DNA of 64,000 bases, from the NCBI GenBank assembly GCA_012295275.1, contig CM022677.1, positions 3,348,001 through 3,412,000 of the forward strand. Reading direction: 5' to 3'. Shown here piece by piece: positions 15,561-26,900 of the stretch. Origin of the DNA: Chrysomallon squamiferum (lineage: Eukaryota; Animalia; Mollusca). The notes below the pieces were generated by a model. It ran no database searches, had not been told where the DNA came from, and was given only the letters and a program-made list of their open reading frames with translations. The translations under genes and the position numbers were made by a program. Position 1 is the stretch's first letter. Each line of letters opens with the position of its first letter.

Positions 15561-16360
15561 CTCACATAATTGTAAGTGTACTGACTTGCATTCTCTCTGA
15601 CTTAGGTACTTGCTTCCTTGCTTACTTAGGTCATTATTTACGTAATTACTTAATTTATTTCTTACTTAGATAATTGTTAATGTACTTACTTGCATTCTCA
15701 CTAAGTAAGTTGCAACCTTGCTTACTAAGGTCATTATTTACGTACTTACTTACGTTCTTACTGAGATAATTGTTAATGTACAAATTTTTATTTTCACTTA
15801 GTTGCTCGCTTCGTTGCCAACTTAGATCATTATTTACGTACTTACTTACTTTCTTTCTTACTTAGATAATTGCTAATGTACTTACTTAGGTTACTATTTA
15901 CTAACTTACTCGCTTACTTGCTAACCTAGGACATTAGTTAAGTAGTTACTTACATTCTTACTCACATAATTATAAATCTACTGACTTGCATTCTCTCTTA
16001 CTTAGGTACTTACTTCCTTGCTTACTTAGGTCATTATTTAGGTAAGTACTAAATTTATTTCTTACTTAGATAATTGGTAACGTACTTACTTGCATTCTCA
16101 CAAAGTAAGTTGCATTGTTGCTTACTTAGGTCATTATTTACGTACTTACTTACGTTGTTACTGAGATAATTGTTAATGTACAAATTTGCATTTTAAATTA
16201 GTTGCTCGCTTCCTTACCAACTTAGATCATTATTTAAGTACTTACTTACTTTCTTTCTTAGTTAGATAATTGTTAATGTACTTACTTAGGTTAATATTTA
16301 CTAACTCACTCGCTTACTTGCTAACCTAGGACATTAGTTAAGTAGTTACTTTCATTCTTA
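15561..16360 (+). repeat. Representative 800-bp HOR unit: Y-type monomer 15561-15960 plus X-type monomer 15961-16360
   Basis: Manual alignment gives 28 substitutions in 400 bp and no indels. Diagnostics (Y/X): tgtaagtgta/tataaatcta, cgtaattact/ggtaagtact, gcaacc/gcatt, ttttcactta/ttttaaatta, tcgttgcc/tccttacc. Confidence 0.95.
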
Positions 16361-19300
16361 CTCACATAATTGTAAGTGTACTGACTTGCATTCTCTCTGA
16401 CTTAGGTACTTGCTTCCTTGCTTACTTAGGTCATTATTTACGTAATTACTTAATTTATTTCTTACTTAGATAATTGTTAACGTACTTACTTGCATTCTCA
16501 CTAACTAAGTAAGTTGCAACCTTGCTTACTAAGGTCATTATTTACGTACTTACTTACGTTGTTACTGAGATAATCGTTAATGTACAAATTTGTATTTTCA
16601 CTTAGTTGCTCGCTTCGTTGCCAACTTAGATCATTATTTACGTACTTACTTTCTTTCTTTCTTACTTAGATAATTGCTAATGTACTTACTTAGGTTACTA
16701 TTTACTAAACTACTCGCTTACTTCCTAACCTAGGACATTAGTTAAGTAGTTACTTACATTCTTACTCACATAATTGTAAATCTACTGACTGCATTCTCTC
16801 TTACTTAGGTACTTGCTTCCTTGCTTACTTAGGTCATTATTTAGGTAAGTACTAAATTTATTTCTTACTTAGATAATTGGTAACGTACTTACTTGCATTC
16901 TCACAAAGTAAGTTGCATTGTTGCTTACTTAGGTCATTATTTACGTACTTACTTACGTTGTTACTGAGATAATTGTTAATGTACAAATTTGCATTTTAAA
17001 TTAGTTGCTCGCTTCCTTACCAACTTATATCATTATTTAAGTACTTACTTACTTTCTTTCTTAGTTAGATAATTGTTAATGTACTTACTTAGGTTAATAT
17101 TTACTAACTCACTCGCTTACTTGCTAACCTAGGACATTAGTTAAGTAGTTACTTTCATTCTTACTCACATAATTGTAAATCTACTGACTTGCATTCTCTC
17201 TTACTTAGGTACTTGCTTCCTTGCTTACTTAGGTCATTATTTAGGTAAGTACTAAATTTATTTCTTACTTAGATAATTGGTAACGTACTTACTTGCATTC
17301 TCACAAAGTAAGTTGCATTGTTGCTTACTTAGGTCATTATTTACGTACTTACTTACGTTGTTACTGAGATAATTGTTAATGTACAAATTTGCATTTTAAA
17401 TTAGTTGCTCGCTTCCTTACCAACTTATCATTATTTAAGTACTTACTTACTTTCTTTCTTAGTTAGATAATTGTTAATGTACTTACTTAGGTTAATATTT
17501 ACTAACTCACTCGCTTACTTGCTAACCTAGGACATTAGTTAAGTAGTTACTTTCATTCTTACTCACATAATTGTAAGTGTACTGACTTGCATTCTCTCTG
17601 ACTTAGGTACTTGCTTCCTTGCTTACTTAGGTCATTATTTACGTAATTACTTAATTTATTTCTTACTTAGATAATTGTTAATGTACTTACTTGCATTCTC
17701 ACTAAGTAAGTTGCAACCTTGCTTACTAAGGTCATTATTTACGTACTTACTTACGTTGTTACTGAGATAATCGTTAATGTACAAATTTTTATTTTCACTT
17801 AGTTGCTCGCTTCGTTGCCAACTTAGATCATTATTTACGTACTTACTTTCTTTCTTTCTTACTTAGATAATTGCTAATGTACTTACTTAGCTTACTAGGT
17901 TACTATTTACTAAACTACTCGCTTACTTCCTAACCTAGGACATTAGTTAAGTAGTTACTTACATTCTTACTCACATAATTATAAATCTACTGACTTGCAT
18001 TCTCTCTTACTTAGGTACTTGCTTCCTTGCTTACTTAGGTCATTATTTAGGTAAGTACTAAATTTATTTCTTACTTAGATAATTGGTAACGTACTTACTT
18101 GCATTCTCACTAAGTAAGTTGCATTCTTGCTTACTTAGGTCATTATTTACGTACTTACTTACGTTGTTACTGAGATAATTGTTAATGTACAAATTTGCAT
18201 TTTAAATTAGTTGCTCGCTTCCTTACCAACTTATATCATTATTTAAGTACTTACTTACTTTCTTTCTTAGTTAGATAATTGTTAATGTACTTACTTAGGT
18301 TAATATTTACTAACTCACTCGCTTACTTGCTAACCTAGGACATTAGTTAAGTAGTTACTTTCATTCTTACTCACATAATTGTAAGTGTACTGACTTGCAT
18401 TCTCTCTGACTTAGGTACTTGCTTCCTTGCTTACTTAGGTCATTATTTACGTAATTACTTAATTTATTTCTTACTTAGATAATTGTTAATGTACTTACTT
18501 GCATTCTCACTAAGTAAGTTGCAACAACCTTCTTACTAAGGTCATTATTTATTTACGTACTTACTTACGTTCTTACTGAGATAATTGTTAATGTACAAAT
18601 TTGTATTTTCACTTAGTTGTTGCTCGCTTTCGTTGCCAACTTAGATCATTATTTACGTACTTACTTTACTTTTTCTTTCTTACTTAGATAATTGCTAATG
18701 TACTTACTTAGGTTACTATTTACTAAACTACTCGCTTACTTCCTAACCTAGGACATTAGTTAAGTAGTTACTTACATTCTTACTCACATAATTGAAAATC
18801 TACTGACTTGCATTCTCTCTTACTTAGGTACTTGCTTCCTTGCTTACTTAGGTCATTATTTAGGTAAGTACTAAATTTATTTCTTACTTAGATAATTGGT
18901 AACGTACTTACTTGCATTCTCACAAAGTAAGTTGCATTCTTGCTTACTTAGGTCATTATTTACGTACTTACTTACGTTGTTACTGAGATAATTGTTAATG
19001 TACAAATTTGCATTTTAAATTAGTTGCTCGCTTCCTTACCAACTTATATCATTATTTAAGTACTTACTTACTTTCTTTCTTAGTTAGATAATTGTTAATG
19101 TACTTACTTAGGTTAATATTTACTAACTCACTCGCTTACTTGCTAACCTAGGACATTTGTTAAGTAGTTACTTTCATTCTTACTCACATAATTGTAAGTG
19201 TACTGACTTGCATTCTCTCTGACTTAGGTACTTGCTTCCTTGCTTACTTAGGTCATTATTTACGTAATTACTTAATTTATTTCTTAGTTAGATAATTGTT

Positions 19301-22300
19301 AATGTACTTACTTGCATTCTCACTAAGTAAGTTGCAACCTTGCTTACTAAGGTCATTATTTACGTACTTACTTACGTTCTTACTGAGATAATCGTTAATG
19401 TACAAATTTGTATTTTCACTTAGTTGCTCGCTTCGTTGCCAAGTTAGATCATTATTTACGTACTTACTTTCTTTCTTTCTTACTTAGATAATTGCTAATG
19501 TACTTACTTAGGTTACTATTTACTAAACTACTCGCTTACTTCCTAACCTAGGACATTAGTTAAGTAGTTACTTACATTCTTACTCACATAATTGAAAATC
19601 TACTGACTTGCATTCTCTCTTACTTAGGTACTTGCTTCCTTGCTTACTTAGGTCATTATTTAGGTAAGTACTAAATTTATTTCTTACTTAGATAATTGGT
19701 AACGTACTTACTTGCATTCTCACTAAGTAAGTTGCATTCTTGCTTACTTAGGTCATTATTAACGTACTTACTTACGTTGTTACTGAGATAATTGTTAATG
19801 TACAAATTTGCATTTTAAATTAGTTGCTCGCTTCCTTACCAACTTATATCATTATTTAAGTACTTACTTACTTTCTTTCTTAGTTAGATAATTGTTAATG
19901 TACTTACTTAGGTTAATATTTACTAACTCACTCGCTTACTTGCTAACCTAGGACATTTGTTAAGTAGTTACTTTCATTCTTACTCACATAATTGTAAGTG
20001 TACTGACTTGCATTCTCTCTGACTTAGGTACTTGCTTCCTTGCTTACTTAGGTCATTATTTACGTAATTACTTAATTTATTTCTTACTTAGATAATTGTT
20101 AATGTACTTACATTTTTTGCATTCTCACTAAGTAAGCAAAACTTACTTTGCTTATTAAGGTCATTATTTTTACGTACTTTTTGAGTTGTTACTGAGATAA
20201 TTGTTAATGTACAAATTTTATTTTCACTTAGTTGCTCGCTTCTGTTGCCAACTTAGATTATTTTTATTTACTTACTTATTTTCTTTCTTAGTTAGATAAT
20301 TGTTAATGTACTTACTTAGGTTACTATTTACTAACTTACTCGCTTACTTGCTAACCTAGGACATTAGTTAAGTAGTTACTTACATTCTTACTCACATAAT
20401 TATAAATCTACTGACTTGCATTCTCTCTTACTTAGGTACTTGCTTCCTTGCTTACTTAGGTCATTATTTAGGTAAGTACTAAATTTATTTCTTACTTAGA
20501 TAATTGGTAACGTACTTACTTGCATTCTCACAAAGTAAGTTGCATTGTTGCTTACTTAGGTCATTATTTACGTACTTACTTACGTTGTTACTGAGATAAT
20601 TGTTAATGTACAAATTTGCATTTTAAATTAGTTGCTCGCTTCCTTACCAACTTATATCATTATTTAAGTACTTACTTACTTTCTTTCTTAGTTAGATAAT
20701 TGTTAATGTACTTACTTAGGTTAATATTTACTAACTCACTCGCTTACTTGCTAACCTAGGACATTTGTTAAGTAGTTACTTTCATTCTTACTCACATAAT
20801 TGTAAGTGTACTGACTTGCATTCTCTCTGACTTAGGTACTTGCTTCCTTGCTTACTTAGGTCATTATTTACGTAATTACTTAATTTATTTCTTACTTAGA
20901 TAATTGTTAATGTACTTACTTGCATTCTCACTAAGTAAGTTGCAACCTTGCTTACTAAGGTCATTATTTACGTACTTACTTACGTTGTTACTGAGATAAT
21001 TGTTAATGTACAAATTTGTATTTTCACTTAGTTGCTCGCTTCGTTGCCAACTTAGATCATTATTTACGTACTTACTTACTTTCTTTCTTACTTAGATAAT
21101 TGCTAATGTACTTACTTAGGTTACTATTTACTAACTTACTCGCTTACTTGCTAACCTAGGACATTAGTTAAGTAGTTACTTACATTCTTACTCACATAAT
21201 TGAAAATCTACTGACTTGCATTCTCTCTTACTTAGGTACTTGCTTCCTTGCTTACTTAGGTCATTATTTAGGTAAGTACTAAATTTATTTCTTACTTAGA
21301 TAATTGGTAACGTACTTACTTGCATTCTCACAAAGTAAGTTGCATTGTTGCTTACTTAGGTCATTATTTACGTACTTACTTACGTTGTTACTGAGATAAT
21401 TGTTAATGTACAAATTTGCATTTTAAATTAGTTGCTCGCTTCCTTACCAACTTATATCATTATTTAAGTACTTACTTACTTTCTTTCTTAGTTAGATAAT
21501 TGTTAATGTACTTACTTAGGTTAATATTTACTAACTCACTCGCTTACTTGCTAACCTAGGACATTAGTTAAGTAGTTACTTTCATTCTTACTCAAATAAT
21601 TGTAAGTGTACTGATTTGCATTCTCTCTGACTTAGGTACTTGCTTCCTTGCTTACTTAGGTCATTATTTACGTAATTACTTAATTTATTTCTTACTTAGA
21701 TAATTGTTAATGTACTTAATTGCATTCTCACTAAGTAAGTTGCAACCTTGCTTACTAAGGTCATTATTTACGTACTTACTTACGTTCTTACTGAGATAAT
21801 CGTTAATGTACAAATTTGTATTTTCACTTAGTTGCTCGCTTCGTTGCCAACTTAGATCATTATTTACGTACTTACTTTCTTTCTTTCTTACTTAGATAAT
21901 TGCTAATGTACTTACTTAGGTTACTATTTACTAAACTACTCGCTTACTTCCTAACCTAGGACATTAGTTAAGTAGTTACTTACATTCTTACTCACATAAT
22001 TGAAAATCTACTGACTTGCATTCTCTCTTACTTAGGTACTTGCTTCCTTGCTTACTTAGGTCATTATTTAGGTAAGTACTAAATTTATTTCTTACTTAGA
22101 TAATTGGTAACGTACTTACTTGCATTCTCACAAAGTAAGTTGCATTGTTGCTTACTTAGGTCATTATTTACGTACTTACTTACGTTGTTACTGAGATAAT
22201 TGTTAATGTACAAATTTGCATTTTAAATTAGTTGCTCGCTTCCTTACCAACTTATATCATTATTTAAGTACTTACTTACTTTCTTTCTTAGTTAGATAAT

Positions 22301-23690
22301 TGTTAATGTACTTACTTAGGTTAATATTTACTAACTCACTCGCTTACTTGCTAACCTAGGACATTAGTTAAGTAGTTACTTTCATTCTTACTCAAATAAT
22401 TGTAAGTGTACTGACTTGCATTCTCTCTGACTTAGGTACTTGCTTCCTTGCTTACTTAGGTCATTATTTACGTAATTACTTAATTTATTTCTTACTTAGA
22501 TAATTGTTAATGTACTTACTTGCATTCTCACTAACTAAGTAAGTTGCAACCTTGCTTACTAAGGTCATTATTTACGTACTTACTTACGTTCTTACTGAGA
22601 TAATCGTTAATGTACAAATTTGTATTTTCACTTAGTTGCTCGCTTCGTTGCCAACTTAGATCATTATTTACGTACTTACTTACTTTCTTTCTTACTTAGA
22701 TCATTGCTAATGTACTTACTTAGGTTACTATTTACTAAACTACTCGCTTACTTCCTAACCTAGGACATTAGTTAAGTAGTTACTTACATTCTTACTCACA
22801 TAATTGAAAATCTACTGACTTGCATTCTCTCTTACTTAGGTACTTGCTTCCTTGCTTACTTAGGTCATTATTTAGGTAAGTACTAAATTTATTTCTTACT
22901 TAGATAATTGGTAACGTACTTACTTGCATTCTCACAAAGTAAGTTGCATTGTTGCTTACTTAGGTCATTATTTACGTACTTACTTACGTTGTTACTGAGA
23001 TAATTGTTAATGTACAAATTTGCATTTTAAATTAGTTGCTCGCTTCCTTACCAACTTATATCATTATTTTAACGTACTTACTTACTTTCTTTCTTAGTTA
23101 GATAATTGTTAATGTACTTACTTAGGTTAATATTTACTAACTCACTCGCTTACTTGCTAACCTAGGACATTTGTTAAGTAGTTACTTTCATTCTTACTCA
23201 AATAATTGTAAGTGTACTGACTTGCATTCTCTCTGACTTAGGTACTTGCTTCCTTGCTTACTTAGGTTGCTTACTTAGGTCATTATTTACGTAATTACTT
23301 AATTTATTTCTTACTTAGATAATTGTTAATGTACTTACTTGCATTCTCACTAAGTAAGTTGCAACCTTGCTTACTAAGGTCATTATTTACGTACTTACTT
23401 ACGTTGTTACTGAGATAATCGTTAATGTACAAATTTGCATTTTAAATTAGTTGCTCGCTTCCTTACCAACTTATATCATTATTTAAGTACTTACTTACTT
23501 TCTTTCTTAGTTAGATAATTGTTAATGTACTTACTTAGGTTAATATTTACTAACTCACTCGCTTACTTGCTAACCTAGGACATTAGTTAAGTAGTTACTT
23601 TCATTCTTACTCAAATAATTGTAAGTGTACTGACTTGCATTCTCTCTGACTTAGGTACTTGCTTCCTTGCTTACTTAGGTCATTATTTAC

Positions 23691-23721
23691 ATCATGCCAC
23701 CACTAAATGCCACCACTTGCC
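23691..23721. other. 31-bp non-satellite sequence at the contig end, containing ATGCCACCACT twice
   Basis: atcatgccaccactaaatgccaccacttgcc directly follows a clean satellite unit ending ...gtcattatttac. Confidence 0.8.
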
Positions 23722-23921
23722 NNNNNNNNNNNNNNNNNNNNNNNNNNNNNNNNNNNNNNNNNNNNNNNNNNNNNNNNNNNNNNNNNNNNNNNNNNNNNNN
23801 NNNNNNNNNNNNNNNNNNNNNNNNNNNNNNNNNNNNNNNNNNNNNNNNNNNNNNNNNNNNNNNNNNNNNNNNNNNNNNNNNNNNNNNNNNNNNNNNNNNN
23901 NNNNNNNNNNNNNNNNNNNNN
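23722..23921. other. Assembly gap (200 N)
   Basis: Run of exactly 200 N, a fixed-size scaffolding gap. Confidence 0.99.
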
Positions 23922-26900
23922 GAGAATGCAAGTAAGTACGTTACCAATTATCTAAGTAAGAAATAAATTTAGTACTTACCTAAATAATGACCTAAGTAAG
24001 CAAGGAAGCAAGTACCTAAGTAAGAGAGAATGCAAGTCAGTAGATTTACAATTATGTGAGTAAGAATGTAAGTAACTACTTAACTAATGTCCTAGGTTAG
24101 CAAGTAAGCGAGTAAGTTAGTAAATAGTAACCTAAGTAAGTACATTAGCAATTATCTAAGTAAGAAAGAAAGTAAGTAAATAATGATCTAAAGTAAGTAA
24201 GTACGTAAATAATGATCTAAATAATGATCTAAGTTGAGCAACTAAGTGAAAATACAAATTTGTACATTAACAATTATCTCAGTAAGAACGTAAGTAAGTA
24301 CGTAAATAATGACCTTAGTAAGCAAGGTTGCAACTTACTTAGTGAGAATGCAAGTAAGTACATTAACAATTATCTAAGTAAGAAATAAATTAAGTAATTA
24401 CGTAAATAATGACCTAAGTAAGCAAGGAAGCAAGTACCTAAGTCAGAGAGAATGCAAGTCAGTACACTTACAATTATGTGAGTAAGAATGAAAGTAACTA
24501 CTTAACAAATGTCCTAGGTTAGCAAGTAAGCGAGTGAGTTAGTAAATATTAACCTAAGTAAGTACATTAACAATTATCTAACTAAGAAAGAAAGGAAGTA
24601 AGTACTTAAATAATGATCTAAGTTGGTAAGGAAGCGAGCAACTAATTTAAAATGCAAATTTGTACATTAACAATTATCTCAGTAACAACGTAAGTAAGTA
24701 CGTAAATAATGACCTAAGTAAGCAAGAATGCAACTTACTTAGTGAGAATGCAAGTAAGTACGTTACCAATTATCTAAGTAAGAAATAAATTTAGTACTTA
24801 CCTAAATAATGACCTAAGTAAGCAAGGAAGCAAGTACCTAAGTAAGAGAGAATGCAAGTCAGTAGATTTATAATTATGTGAGTAAGAATGTAAGTAACTA
24901 CTTAACTAATGTCCTAGGTTAGGAAGTAAGCGAGTAAGTTAGTAAATAGTAACCTAAGTAAGTACATTAGCAATTATCTAAGTAAGAAAGAAAGTAAGTA
25001 AGTACGTAAATAATGATCTAAGTTGGCAACGAAGCGAGCAACTAAGTGAAAATACAAATTTGTACATTAACAATTATCTCAGTAAGAACGTAAGTAAGTA
25101 CGTAAATAATGACCTTAGTAAGCAAGGTTGCAACTTACTTAGTGAGACTTAGTAAGAAAAAGAAAAAATTAACAATTGCAAAAGTACATTAACAATTATT
25201 AGTGAGTAAATTAAGAAATGCAAAATTACAAAATTATTAAGAATGCAAGTAAAGTTTACAATTATCTAAGTAAGAAATAAATTAAGTAATTACGTAAATA
25301 ATGACCTAAGTAAGCAAGGAAGCAAGTACCTAAGTCAGAGAGAATGCAAGTCAGTACACTTACAATTATGTGAGTAAGAATGAAAGTAACTACTTAACTA
25401 ATGTCCTAGGTTAGCAAGTAAGCGAGTGAGTTAGTAAATATTAACCTAAGTAAGTACATTAACAATTATCTAACTAAGAAAGAAAGGAAGTAAGTACTTA
25501 AATAATGATCTAAGTTGGTAAGGAAGCGAGCAACTAATTTAAAATGCAAATTTGTACATTAACAATTATCTCAGTAACAACGTAAGTAAGTACGTAAATA
25601 ATGACCTAAGTAAGCAAGAATGCAACTTACTTAGTGAGAATGCAAGTAAGTACGTTACCAATTATCTAAGTAAGAAATAAATTTAGTACTTACCTAAATA
25701 ATGACCTAAGTAAGCAAGGAAGCAAGTACCTAAGTAAGAGAGAATGCAAGTCAGTAGATTTACAATTATGTGAGTAAGAATGTAAGTAACTACTTAACTA
25801 ATGTCCTAGGTTAGCAAGTAAGCGAGTAAGTTAGTAAATAGTAACCTAAGTAAGTACATTAGCAATGATCTAAGTAACAAAGAAAGTAAGTAAGTACGTA
25901 AATAATGATCTAAGTTGGCAACGAAGCGAGCAACTAAGTGAAAATACAAATTTGTACATTAACAATTATCTCAGTAACAACGTAAGTAAGTACGTAAATA
26001 ATGACCTTAGTAAGCAAGGTTGCAACTTACTTAGTGAGAATGCAAGTAAGTACGTTAACAATTATCTAAGTAAGAAATAAATTAAGTAATTACGTAAATA
26101 ATGACCTAAGTAAGCAAGGAAGCAAGTACCTAAGTCAGAGAGAATGCAAGTCAGTACATTTACAATTATGTGAGTAAGAATGAAAGTAACTACTTAACTA
26201 ATGTCCTAGGTTAGCAAGTAAGTAAGTTAGTTAGTAACCTAAGTAAATAGTAACCTAAGTAAGTACATTAACAATTATCTAATCTAAGTAAGAAAGAAAG
26301 AAAGTAAGTACGTAAATAATGATCTAAGTTGGCAACGAAGCGAGCAACTAAGTGAAAATACAAATTTGTACATTAACAATTATCTCAGTAACAACGTAAG
26401 TAAGTACGTAAATAATGACCTTAGTAAGCAAGGTTGCAACTTACTTAGTGAGAATGCAAGTAAGTACATTAACAATTATCTAAGTAAGAAATAAATTAAG
26501 TAATTACGTAAATAATGACCTAAGTAAGCAAGGAAGCAAGTACCTAAGTCAGAGAGAATGCAAGTCAGTACACTTACAATTATGTGAGTAAGAATGAAAG
26601 TAACTACTTAACAAATGTCCTAGGTTAGCAAGTAAGCGAGTGAGTTAGTAAATATTAACCTAAGTAAGTACATTAACAATTATCTAACTAAGAAAGAAAG
26701 TAAGTAAGTACTTAAATAATGATCTAAGTTGGTAAGGAAGCGAGCAACTAATTTAAAATGCAAATTTGTACATTAACAATTATCTCAGTAACAACGTAAG
26801 TAAGTACGTAAATAATGACCTTAGTAAGCAAGGTTGCAACTTACTTAGTGAGAATGCAAGTAAGTACATTAACAATTATCTAAGTAAGAAATAAATTAAG

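Larger units (their letters stand above)
1..23690 (+). repeat. Satellite DNA array, 400-bp monomer / 800-bp dimeric HOR, T-rich strand on + (about 59 monomers); runs off the window start
   Basis: The anchor ctcacataat recurs at 15561, 15961 and 16361 (400-bp period). The type-specific anchor tactcacataattgaaaatc recurs at 18781 and 19581 (800-bp period). There is one CCTAGG and one TGTACA per clean monomer. Confidence 0.98.

Noticed and set aside
1-23690. Frequent TTAGG suggesting arthropod-type telomeric DNA
   Set aside because: Occurrences are isolated products of ctta+gg within a 4-bp register and never form tandem pentamers.
23687-23966. ORFs spanning the first N gap (and 57686..58033 and 57720..57929 at the second)
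   Set aside because: Artefacts of translating N runs.
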